Part shown: piece by piece, positions 1 to 10,787 of the stretch
How the letters are laid out: every line of letters begins with the position of its first letter
Numbering within the stretch: the first letter of the stretch is position 1
NCBI GenBank assembly: GCA_051362555.1
Contig: CM120641.1
Span: forward strand, 39,996,401 to 40,060,400
Direction of reading: 5' to 3'
DNA length: 64,000 nt
Origin: Lingula anatina
Lineage: Eukaryota > Animalia > Brachiopoda
The notes under the pieces: model-generated
The model's database searches: none
What the model saw: only the letters and a program-made list of their open reading frames with translations
What the model was told of the DNA's origin: nothing
Position numbers and translations under genes: made by a program

Positions 1-161
1 ACATATTTAAAGTTTTATCTTACGCAATAGATACACTAGAAAAAATATACCAAAATCTGTTGGTACAAAACTCTTCGACTTTTGAATTTATAAATATACA
101 CCATGTAAATTGCATGAAGAGTTTCAGAGATTTATGTCTCATCAACGGTGAACTTTTCCAG

Positions 162-328
162 ACTGCCAGCGCTCTGTCCTTTGCTCTCTATCACCTGGCC
201 AAAAACCCGGCTGAACAAGAAAAGCTTTATCAGGAAATATCCACAGTGATACCCCACGGATGTTCAGTGAACGTCAGTCACATAGACAACATGCCGTACC
301 TGAAAGCATGTATTAAAGAGTCCTTCAG
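162..328 (+). CDS. Cytochrome P450 (mitochondrial-clan-like), internal exon: end of I helix to K helix
   Basis: ttttccag acceptor, AG|gtataa donor; TASALSFALYHLAKNPAEQEKLYQEI...MPYLKACIKESFR contains the ExxR motif. Confidence 0.93.
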
Positions 329-342
329 GTATAATTTCTGTC

Positions 343-378
<36 letters not shown>

Positions 379-593
379 TGATAGAACTATATCTCACTAT
401 TTTCACTGTACTATTTTCATATCGATATCACCATGGTAATGATATCATGTAATTTCGCTATTCAACTTTTTCCCCTTAAAAATATTTTCAAGTTAAATAG
501 AAAAGACGGCAGAAACATTATTTTCAACATTTCAACAATCAGTTTGCGTAATGTACATTATGTAGTTCTTTTTACCATTACCGCGTTGTTCAG

Positions 594-675
594 GCTCAAT
601 TTCCCAGTGGAAGGGGGGACGAGGAGGTTTCTGGAGGAAGATACTGTACTTGGAGGATACTTGGTGCCTAAAGGG
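594..675 (+). CDS. Cytochrome P450 exon (post-K helix beta region)
   Basis: ttgttcag acceptor, phase matches previous exon; (R)LNFPVEGGTRRFLEEDTVLGGYLVPKG; gtcagt donor. Confidence 0.92.
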
Positions 676-934
676 GTCAGTATTGGATTTTTAAGTCTCC
701 GGTTCATCTGGATTAGATAGATGACTGAGAATGTGGAAAAAACTTCTCTCAAAATTTGGATATAAGATATTTCATAATGACTGCATACTGTTTTGATTGG
801 GTCTAATGTTTTGAATAATATTTTTAAAAATTCACGCAGACTTATCATCCCAAACTGTTTTAAAATTTTATTGATTTATTATATTATTTATTTGATTTGG
901 ATTGTGTTGATTTGGATATTTTACCATTTTAAAG

Positions 935-1144
935 GCTTTGATTGCCATGAACAATCAAGTAATGTGTCTTCAAGAGGAATATTTTGAACGTCCTGAAGAA
1001 TTTCTGCCGGAACGCTGGTTGAAGAAAGACAGTAGAGACATTCAGGCACCACCGCCGTTTGTAATGATGCCTTTTGGATACGGCCCTAGAATGTGTATAG
1101 GGAGGAGATTTGCTGAACAAGAAATATACTTAGCTTTGATTAAG
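935..1144 (+). CDS. Cytochrome P450 exon with PERF-type and heme-binding motifs
   Basis: ALIAMNNQVMC...FLPERW...PFGYGPRMCIGRRFAEQEIYLALIK; FxxGxRxCxG with the axial Cys; aag acceptor, gtcaga donor. Confidence 0.95.
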
Positions 1145-1387
1145 GTCAGAAAACGAAGACATTTTCGAAAACAGATGTAACTTGTATCTTTTTTTTACAA
1201 TTTTAGAATTTATCCTTTTGCTTGCTGTGTTAATGTCTATCAAGACAGCTTCGATATTTCCTTAATGTTACGATTTGCCGGAAAACGTCACCTGATTTTG
1301 GGCCATAAAAAAGCTTTTGCTATCTTTTGATGCATCATACATGTTGATATTATTTTTTGTTAACGATAGCTCTCTATTTTCTTTCAG

Positions 1388-1498
1388 ATTGTTCAAACTT
1401 TCCGGATGGAATATCATCATGAACCTATTGGCATGATTAACCGACTGTTCACAATGCCGGACAAGGCGCTCAGGATCGCCCTTTTTCCAAGGGACTGA
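1388..1498 (+). CDS. Cytochrome P450 terminal coding exon
   Basis: ttttctttcag acceptor; IVQTFRMEYHHEPIGMINRLFTMPDKALRIALFPRD then TGA; typical P450 C-terminus. Confidence 0.92.
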   Translation: MVQTFRMEYHHEPIGMINRLFTMPDKALRIALFPRD

Positions 1499-2662
1499 CC
1501 AGTTGTGCTCGGCAAGTCTTACTTCGAGTTCTGTATCACCTTCACGCACGTTAAAGGTGATTTCTACAGGCGTCTTTTTATTGAACCACACGAATGTAAT
1601 CTAAGATGACTAGGACCTGTTCTACAGGTTGTCACGTCTATTACATACGCCTTGTTGCATTAAGCTACTCGATTTTCTTCAAAGCTGTTAGTCTGGCTTA
1701 ATCACGGATGGTGCTTCTGATCGATTACATTATCAATTTTGATTTTTGAAGAACTGCACGACCAGGAAGGCCGGCATAAAAAAACTTTAATTCGGCACAG
1801 ATATCGCCTTCTTCACTTGTAATGAAAAAACGTAAAGAAATCGGAAAAATACTGTACCGAGGGGGCCCTTTATACTTGGAATGGAAGGCAAAAATATTTT
1901 TGCATCTAATCCCAGTTCACCCGATTTCGCCGATTCCACATGTATTGAATGCTTGTATCACTTGTTAACATGTACGCATTGGTCCTATTGCAGAGTTTTG
2001 TAAGTCAGTACACGAGGTTTTGGTTAAAAAAATAACGAGTTTCTAGCATCCTCTTAAGTTCTCTGCCTCCTGTTACCCATCACTCTACCGAGTGAAATAG
2101 CGTTTTCATCCCGACTTAGTTATCAGTTACATGAATCCTTTTATTTTTGTTTTAAGTTGTGGTAAAAGCACCGTTACCCAAAAGGTATGTAACATTCCTA
2201 TTGACATTGGAGTACGCGACATTTACAGAAATTACGAAGTGCAATGTTTCGTACACCAGTTTTGTGACAGACTACTAGCGCACCCTGTGGCAAGAGAGTA
2301 ACGTCAAAACACTGATCTCAATTGGCGCACCAATCGCAATTTGCTGCGAGGTACAATCTTACCCGTCTCTTCAACACAATCTGTTATTGTTAAACCCCAT
2401 TATTTCTACCTTTTTCAAATAACTGTTGTTTTACAGTATTTAGCAAACATGTCCAAGCTTCAAAATATAATCTTTCGTTCACTTATCATGTGGCTTATGT
2501 TTTCAATTTTTTTGTAAAAATTATTAATGTTACAAATATAGAACTGTCATTAAGTTCTACCTATGACTCAATCAATCCCGCGTTTGTTTTAACCAAGATT
2601 AAAATGTAGGATGCAAATAACTCAAAACAAAGTCTGGAAACAATTCTGTTCAACCAAAATAT

Positions 2663-2668
2663 TTTATT
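2663..2668 (-). terminator. Candidate Caskin polyadenylation signal (AATAAA), implying a 3' UTR of about 1.9 kb
   Basis: AATAAA on the - strand followed by T/GT-rich downstream sequence; a more proximal AATAAA lies at 3533-3538. Confidence 0.45.
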
Positions 2669-4560
2669 TCATTAAAAATGGTTGTTTATGATATGATACA
2701 GCTCTGAATGCGCTGGCTCTATGCTATTGCTTCCTGTACTTTGAGCAAGTCCTGTTCTACATGAAACAAAACGATGCAAATTGTGAATCGAGATATTTGG
2801 CAGCACCTTCGTATCACCTTGTGACATCACACAAATGTAAGATCGGGTATGACATGAAATGAAAAATAATCTTTCATAAATATACCGAGCATTCAAAATG
2901 AATCCCCTTTCTAATAACGCACTTTTTTCTGCAAATAATACACCCCTTCCTGGCAGTGAGGACTATGATTAAAGCAAGTAGTTTCCTACATGATAATAAA
3001 ATTTTTTTATGTTAACCAGAAATTGCTAGCAGTTTAAGTTGATATTGTTGATTAAAAAAACTGGTGCCAAAGCAATGATGAAAAGAAAGGAAAATGTGTA
3101 ATTATAATATGAATAACACTTAAAAATATGATCACAGGAGTTGTACATTGAGACCCATAAAACCAAGTTCCCGTTTCAAGGTAGAAGGAAATTTACATTA
3201 TCTTATTCCAAAAGCACTTTAGGCTGAATACTTATCTTATATTCAATAATGCTTCACTGAGTATACTTAACATTGATATATTTTCTTTTTTCGTTATTCA
3301 TTATATTACAGTCCTCTGCATAAATAAGGCACCAGTTTAGCCCCTGTCAATAACTTAACTTGGCCAACATAACCATTAAATATATATTTTACCAAACATT
3401 CTTAAAATAAAAGCACTTCCAAAGGCAAAGAATGTATACTGGTTATGTACAGAAATGTTGCTACTGATAACAATCTTAATTCAAATAGATGAATTTTCTG
3501 ATATCTGGTTGGTGTCTTTAGAATTCAAAGGCTTTATTCCATATTATTTTGATCTCACCGGGACACCACCTTGTAATGAAATCCATGGCACTTAGAGGAT
3601 GTGAACCTACACATTGAGAATATCTGTATTTATAAACAAATATATATACACATTTACAGCTATGTTATATACAATTGAATATCATCTGATTAAAGCAACC
3701 AGTGTGTATCATGAAGGCTCCAGATATCTTTTTGGGAAGCAGACATGAGTTCTTCTTCATTGGGTTACCACCAATCTTGTCTCGACTCAGTCACCTATCC
3801 AGTGACCTACATAGAAAAGGCTTTTGATAACTACGTAAGTCATTGCTCTATTCACAGCCTGTGTGTGTAGGCTTGTCTTGATGAAGCTATTGGCTACCAT
3901 AAAAAGTACCCCCATCATCATCATCATTATCATTTAGCATATTCCTTTTTTACATATTTAAAAGCAAATTACTACCCATAATCTAATGCAAATCAGCTGC
4001 TATTACTGGACACCTACACCCATTCACATATCAAAGACTTGATATGATATCCACTAACAGTATGATGTGAACCTATTCCTCCATAAAAATTACTCTATCT
4101 TTCCTGCAAACCTGCTGTGCTCATATCTGACTAGGCAGTTCTAAAGCTTCAATGTCCACCCACATTCAGCCTTCTCCCACAGATTTACAAGAATTTTCTT
4201 TTATGCCCTGCGTCCTGCGCAGCACCATCAAGTCCTCCTCTAGTAGCATTAACTGGTGTTGTTCTTCGATTCATGCATCAGGCAATTACACCTAATATAT
4301 CAAGGTATCCCAGAGATTCCATCAGATAATAGTCACCTTTTCCATAATAAAGGACATGTACACTGGTCATTCCCATAGAAAAGAATACCTGCAACACCAG
4401 ATCATTACAGGAGACCGACACCTTCCTGAAGGGCCCCAGTATTTATGTGCCTGGCTTAGAGTCAAGGCATCTGCAGATATCTTTCTGGCATCACAGATCT
4501 TTTGGAACTTCTTCAGGCCGTGTTCCAAGTAGCGCTCTCTAGTGTCTTGTTCCTGTGCTT

Positions 4561-4666
4561 TTAGATCTCATCATCCAACATGGCGTCTAATTCATCTGTG
4601 AGCCCCTGAAGCATGTTCCCTATGTCATCTAGCACATCGTTGCCTTGACCAGATGGGAAGTCAGAA
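4561..4666 (-). CDS. CASKIN: Caskin exon 20 (terminal; conserved C-terminal helix)
   Basis: (S)SDFPSGQGNDVLDDIGNMLQGLTDELDAMLDDEI then TAA; ctttcacttcag acceptor. Confidence 0.93.
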
Positions 4667-5023
4667 CTGAAGTGAAAGAGGGTACAATGATTATCCGAGT
4701 CCAAATTTAAGTAAATTCATAAATGTATAAAGTAGAAAATATGTGTTTTATTGCATGGAATATAAATGATGTTTTTTATTTGGGGCATTTCTGTTGGTCA
4801 TCCTATGATAATGAAGCAGGGACAAAATGATATACAGAATGAAGAAATGCAACTGGATCAATACATTACTAAATGCATTATCTCATATACACTTGGTTAG
4901 AGCTAAATGATACAAGACCCCGAAAACAAAAAATCCTGGTGATATTTTACACGACCATTCTACAGCTCCTCTACACACATTTAAGAGTGTGTGCATGATA
5001 GCACAACATGCAACAGAACTAAC

Positions 5024-5096
5024 CTGTCCATGAGGAAATCATCCCCTGTGTAAAACTCAGCCCCCATCTGACCTCTGCCTGCTGCAGCAGCTGCTG
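5024..5096 (-). CDS. CASKIN: Caskin exon 19
   Basis: tgtgtttcag acceptor, AG|gttagt donor; AAAAAAGRGQMGAEFYTGDDFLMD; bridges phase 1 to phase 2 exactly as exon 20 requires. Confidence 0.85.
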
Positions 5097-5457
5097 CTGA
5101 AACACAGAGAATGAAAACAACATTTAATTCTAAGACAAACATTTACTGCCAATCTAGCAAACTGCTGCAATTAATCAAGTTATCTCTTCAGCACAGTTAT
5201 TGTAGACAATGAGAAATGATTCACGACTTGAAGGAATTGCCCAAGATACAAATTATATCTGCTTAGCTGAAGCTGACATGTGCTGTGCTTGCCAGTAGTC
5301 AAAATGGATTACTTCGGTTTACAAAAATGAAAAATATTTGTTCCATTTCAAAGTCAATAATTATCTTAAAAACCTAGTAGAAGAAAGCAAGTGCCACAAT
5401 TAACCCAGGGTTTTATAAAGATTTAATACTTAAATCCATATTCATTACAGTGTTTAC

Positions 5458-7668
5458 CTTCTGTACTGTGTTTGGCAGGTGCTCTTTTGATTGTCCCCGT
5501 CCCATCAAAGAGGCTGTTGTTTAAGTCTGCATCTCCATCCATGTTAAACTGAACTATGGAAGGCTTAGGGGGTGCATTCTTCTGTTTAATAGTGCCAACA
5601 TTTTCATTGGCAAAAGGCAACGTATTGGAGTCCACAGTGATACTGTTGATGCTCTCATTGCTAGAGGAGGAGCCATTCTTCTTGGAGTCTGACAACGTAT
5701 CTTCATCACAGCTACTACTGCCACTGTCCGAGCCTGAGAGATCAGCAGGCAGTGACGGCTTAGACATTTTTGGCTTGACCTCTGCTTTCTGTTCTACTTT
5801 TTCGGGTTTACTTTCAAGTCTGTGTTCTGCACTTTTTGTTTCCACTTTGGCAGGTTTTAGATCAGGTTTAGAGAACTTTTGCTCCGGTTTGGGAGATTTC
5901 TGTTGAGGTTTTGACAGTTTCTGTGGAGATTTTAGGTTTGCTTTTGCTATATTAACTAAGTCTTTTTCCTTCTTTGGAGGTGAAATATCGGTTGCAATGG
6001 GAGGCGGAGGAGGAGGGAATTCTTCTGTCTGAGGAGGCTCATAGGCTTCTTTTGGCGGAGAAGGCAAACTGTCTGTTTTTGGTTTATTAAATTTCAACGC
6101 AAGACTTTTCACACAGTCTTGGAAATCTGGTTGCTGTTGCTGCTGATTCTGTTGTTGTTGTTTGTGTTTGGCAACAGGTGATTTTGGTGACTGACTCTTA
6201 GTTTGAGATACTTCAGCATGATTACTGCTTTGCAGCTTATGAGATGAACTTGTGACGGGTGAATTCTGCTTACCAAACTGAGATTTCTGTGGAGGACTAC
6301 TTTTCTGTAGCTTCTGTGGTGCTGGGACACTGCTGGTTGAGTTATGTTGTGGCAGGCTGGCGCTAGAAGATTTCTGAAGGCTTGGAGTGTGCAGCACATT
6401 ACCCGCCTGTGGCTGTTGTTGTCTATGCGAAGATTTCGGACTCTCTGAAAAACTATGGTGTCTCCTCTCCACAACCACAGGGGTGTCACTTTTGATAGAG
6501 TTGGTCCTTTTTGGCGGGGGAGGAGGCTTTTTATTCTTTCCATGAGAAGAATTAGCAGGTGGTTTGCTGTGCCCACCACTGCTTGCTGAAGGAATATGAT
6601 TAGGGCCATTGGTGACAGGGGCAGACAGACTATGTTGATGGTGACCAGCTGTAGGAGACCTGGGGGAGCCCTGGGAGTTCACAATAGGCCCATTGGTGAA
6701 CACATTGAGGGGAGCAGAAGTAGATTTTGGGGAACCTGGTCCAGCAGGCTGTGAATTATGTTGGCTGGTGGCCATGTTTTTCCTGTTCGCTACACTCTGT
6801 GCTATACTTGCTGCCAATAACTCCTTTTGAGATTTCACCGAGTTTCCTTGCAGTTGTTGTTGTGACACAATGTCAGAAGACTGCTGCTCTTTGCTAGAAT
6901 CCTTTGGTGTCTTTAAAGGTTTGCGTAAAGTGGCATAACTCCCTATGTCACCACTGCTACAGTAATCTGGGCCTAAAGGAATTATCTCTGGTGTAAAATC
7001 CCGACTCGATCGTTTTGTTTTAGCCACAATTTTGGCCACAGGTTTTGGTTTGACCACCACTCTCGGACTGACTGCTGCAGATGGTCTACCTAGAGACCCT
7101 GCATGGTCACTGTCATCTGCATTACACGGATTAAGCTCATTAGTGGGGGTCACCTCACCATCCACAGGGAGTGCCTCTTCCTTATACTTATTCTCTGGAG
7201 GTGCCTGAAAGGACCGGCAGATCACATTTTGTCCTTCTGCATAAACATCCAGTCCATCTGATGTCCCTGACCGAGACAGAGATCTATTGACTTGAATAGC
7301 CACCACATCTGGCTGATAAACTTTGGGACTGCTATTCCTCAAATGAATGATTTCTGTAGCACCTCTGTTTTCTTGCTGCAGCTGGTGGAAGCTGGACAGG
7401 TTGTCCTTGGCGCTTCCACTGCTGCTCATACTGTCTCCTGAAGGAGAGCGCTTGGGCTTGACCACCTGGTACTGACCCTCAGGGTGGTACTGGACCGCAC
7501 CCATGTCTGCTGACCAGCGGGATGAGGGGGGTGGCTGGAAACCTGGAGAAGGAGGAGTGTCCAGCATCTCAGCTGACGCCTGTCTTTCCATGGAGGAGAG
7601 TCGTCTGCCAGCACCTGACTGGATGCGCTTCAGCCGATCAATTGCCAGCATCAATTTCTTCTGGTGAC
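5458..7668 (-). CDS. CASKIN: Caskin exon 18 (end of SAM2 plus long disordered Pro/Ser/Gln-rich tail)
   Basis: 2211-nt open exon; (G)HQKKLMLAIDRLK completes SAM2; KKPPPPPKR, EEFPPPPPP, LPFANENVGTIKQ motifs; G|gtaaac donor. Confidence 0.95.
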
Positions 7669-8125
7669 CTGTCAGGGGAGGAAAGAGAGAAGTTTTGTGA
7701 AAATGAGAAAAAAGCTTATAAATCAGTCCAGGACAGCCACTGCTAAGTTTACATACGGTCTATTGATTTCTGATTACACTGAGTAAGCAAAACAAGCGAC
7801 TTCACAAAATTATTCAAATCCTGTCAAATTGGAGTGCTTGGATTATTTCATTACAGTCTTGATAACATTTATCACAGTTTCTGATATTTTTGGGAGAAAA
7901 ACAGAGCAAAATTGATCTATATCATAACAAACATTGACATAATTGAAGTGGTTACTTGGAATCTTTTAAAGCATATGCAATATTTGATCAGAACTAATGG
8001 ATCTTGTGTTGGATAAGAATAGATGGAGACATTATTAAATGAAAAAAGCCTTTTCCCTTCATTAAATTGCCTTCAGATTCAAAACTCATTAACAAAAGGG
8101 GAAAATAAATGTAGTTTCTGCTCAC

Positions 8126-8264
8126 CTAATAATGAGATTCCCACATCCTCCATGTCTTCCCACATAATGTCAGTGACCATGTCAATCTTGTCATATCCCT
8201 GCTGTGCCAGTGTGTCATAGTACTGCTCTAGGCGTAACAGCTGGAGCCATTCATACAGATCATT
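8126..8264 (-). CDS. CASKIN: Caskin exon 17 (SAM2)
   Basis: NDLYEWLQLLRLEQYYDTLAQQGYDKIDMVTDIMWEDMEDVGISLL; cag/gtgagc. Confidence 0.95.
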
Positions 8265-8718
8265 CTGCAACAATACAAAGTTTCATTAGGAATTCTTAAG
8301 CCTTTTGATTAGAAGTTCATCTCGAATGTAATTGTTCCCACCATGCTGTGCACAAAGTGAATGACTAATGTAGTGGAAAATTGTGATGTAATTGTATAGA
8401 TTTGTGGATCACTAATGTACACAAACCCAATTATTGCAAGATGTGTTTTAATTTCCATCACCCTTAGGCTACATCTTTCCTACAGTGCAGTGTTACTTTC
8501 CACTTGCTACTTAACTTGAATAAACCAAGAAAAAGTGTTCATCATAATACTTGATTCAGTTCAAAACACCTACTGCCACTGTGCCAGCTTTTTTTTGTTT
8601 TGAAAATGCCTTGCATTTATAATCTGAATCAATATCAGGCTTTTGTGTATGAAATATTGTTTCTACAAAACTCTATACAGCTTAAAACACCTACTACTGC
8701 TATTGTGACAAACTTCTA

Positions 8719-8719
8719 C

Positions 8720-8751
<32 letters not shown>

Positions 8752-8769
8752 AGAGAGAGAGAGAGAGAG
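8719..8769. repeat. poly(A) followed by (GA)n
   Basis: About 30 A then a GA repeat. Confidence 0.9.
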
Positions 8770-9240
8770 TTGCCTTGCATTTATAATCTAAATCAATAGC
8801 TGGTCATATGTATAAAATATTATATTTTCCTCTACAGTTATCTTCAGATCACCCATAATCATAAAATAATGCCAGACAGCAAATGATCTAATTTTCTTTT
8901 ATCTGCAGTCAGAAACTACATATATATACTTATAAGACCTCTCAGAAATTTAGCTACACTGAATAGCTATTCCATACACTGAACTGAGATCTCTTCACAT
9001 GAAAAAATCTTAAGCAAGTTCAGCATTAATGCTATGATAACTGGTGACTTAAGCTTATTCCAGCCATATTTTGCACTGGCTGGCTGTTTATGCAAGTTTC
9101 CTAGTCATGTCACTAAAACCACCTAACATTGCCTAAACCAGCAGGAACAATTAAGCCATGCAGTTATCTCGTAAATATTTGATGATCTGTAATACTACAG
9201 CACATGAAGAAAGCTCTCCAGTGGTAATAGAAATACTCAC

Positions 9241-9342
9241 AGGTTTGTAATCTGGTATTCCATCATGGAGATTCAACTTGCTGATCTCAGCTTTCAGTTT
9301 CTTTCTGTGGCCTGGCTTGGTAATTCCTATAGCCGTTAAATC
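9241..9342 (-). CDS. CASKIN: Caskin exon 16 (SAM1 C-half and linker)
   Basis: [34 protein letters not shown]; cag/gtgagt. Confidence 0.96.
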
Positions 9343-10676
9343 CTGGAAGAAAAAATATCAAATTATGCAATCATAATCAGTTTTAATTTTTGATTGTTCT
9401 GTACATTCCTCAGCATAGCCCAAGTTTCATTTCTAAAAAATTTGGCAACCAACCAACCAATCCTCATAACATTGAAAACATTTTTAATGCACAAGACATT
9501 AGTTGAGTTCTCTATGTTGAAAACACTGCAGAGTTTTAGTTTAGCCAGAGTTCCCATGAGGAACAGTGGCAATGTATAACACATGACAGCATTGGTCTTT
9601 ACAGCTTTGCTTGCTGGATACCAATTAATATTTTACATTCGGCTTAGATTTCCCTGGAGTGAGCAGAGTAGTTTGTAACAGTCAGCATCATAAGTATTGA
9701 AAGGCTTGCACTTAAATTGTAACAAAACATAAAACTTTTCTTAACCAATAATAATCAATCACAATCATGTGATCACAGAGAGTGACACATTTACTACAAT
9801 GCCCATACAGTTATGATGAAGACCTTTCCTGCAGAACAGATGTAGCTATCTCACAGAAAAAAAACATTGGCTTCAAATTGAGATTGATCTGCGGTTTCGA
9901 GAGAAGCATTTCTTTCTCTGAAGCAATAACAACCTTAACTGAACTAGAAAATGAGGCTTCAAAACGATTGATTGAGTTCCCATTGATAAGATCAAACAGT
10001 GCTTTTGTGCTTTTATTTGGATACATCAAAGTGAATCTCCCAAGCTCAATTTGTCCACTATTTCATTAATCCCAGCATCAAGTCTCCCTAAGCTAACGCA
10101 GGGACCATACGCTGTTCTGTTATTTGGAAAGAAGAGTCCCCAGGAGAGAGGATGATTGTGGATGTTATTATAATACTTTTGAAATATGTACCAGATATTG
10201 AGTGGCCAGACAGAGCAGTTAGCAAATTTAAACTGACTATGCCATCATCTTATACTGTTTCTGATAAAAAGAACCATTCTTCCATTACTGTAAATGTTAT
10301 CAGTAAATATCATTCCGAGTTTCCATTTTCCTTTTTCTTTTTTTCCCTTTGGAACAGAGCTATGCAAATAAGTGGAAACATGGATAGTTCATTAACAAAT
10401 ATTATCTGAAAGGATGGCATTATGCTTATACCTTAATTTAGACTGACATTTAAATAATTCCAGCTATACAATGTAAATCCTGTAAATCATGAAATATTGT
10501 ATAACTAGTTTGTGCCACATACAACAAAACACCAGTCAGTCAGGCAGCTAAGCCAGTGGTTAGAATATTCAAATACCAGTATTGAGTAATGAGAATCTGG
10601 CCTCATATTTCCAATACTGCACATAAGCAAGCAGATAAAGTTTTCCTCCTAGTCCTGTGACATTATGTCAGCTTAC

Positions 10677-10787
10677 CTGTGGTGTCATGTGTGTAATTGT
10701 TCCCATGTCATAGCCTGCTTGTACGAACAAGTTGAAATATTCCTCAAAATGGAGGTCACACAGCCAGGCATGCAGCACTTCGTGGTC
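10677..10787 (-). CDS. CASKIN: Caskin exon 15 (SAM1 N-half)
   Basis: DHEVLHAWLCDLHFEEYFNLFVQAGYDMGTITHMTPQ; cag/gtaagc. Confidence 0.95.

Noticed and set aside
60-452. 130-aa ORF as a complete protein
   Set aside because: Only 162-328 is exon; the rest is intron read-through, including a poly-T run giving poly-Phe
1268-1591. 107-aa minus-strand ORF
   Set aside because: Antisense shadow of the last CYP exon and its flanks
5556-6609. Overlapping ORFs 5556-5906 (+) and 6109-6609 (-)
   Set aside because: Shadow or alternate frames of the low-complexity exon 18, with no independent signals
5423-7654. 743-aa ORF as a stand-alone single-exon gene
   Set aside because: It starts mid-SAM2 and is bounded by splice sites; it is Caskin exon 18
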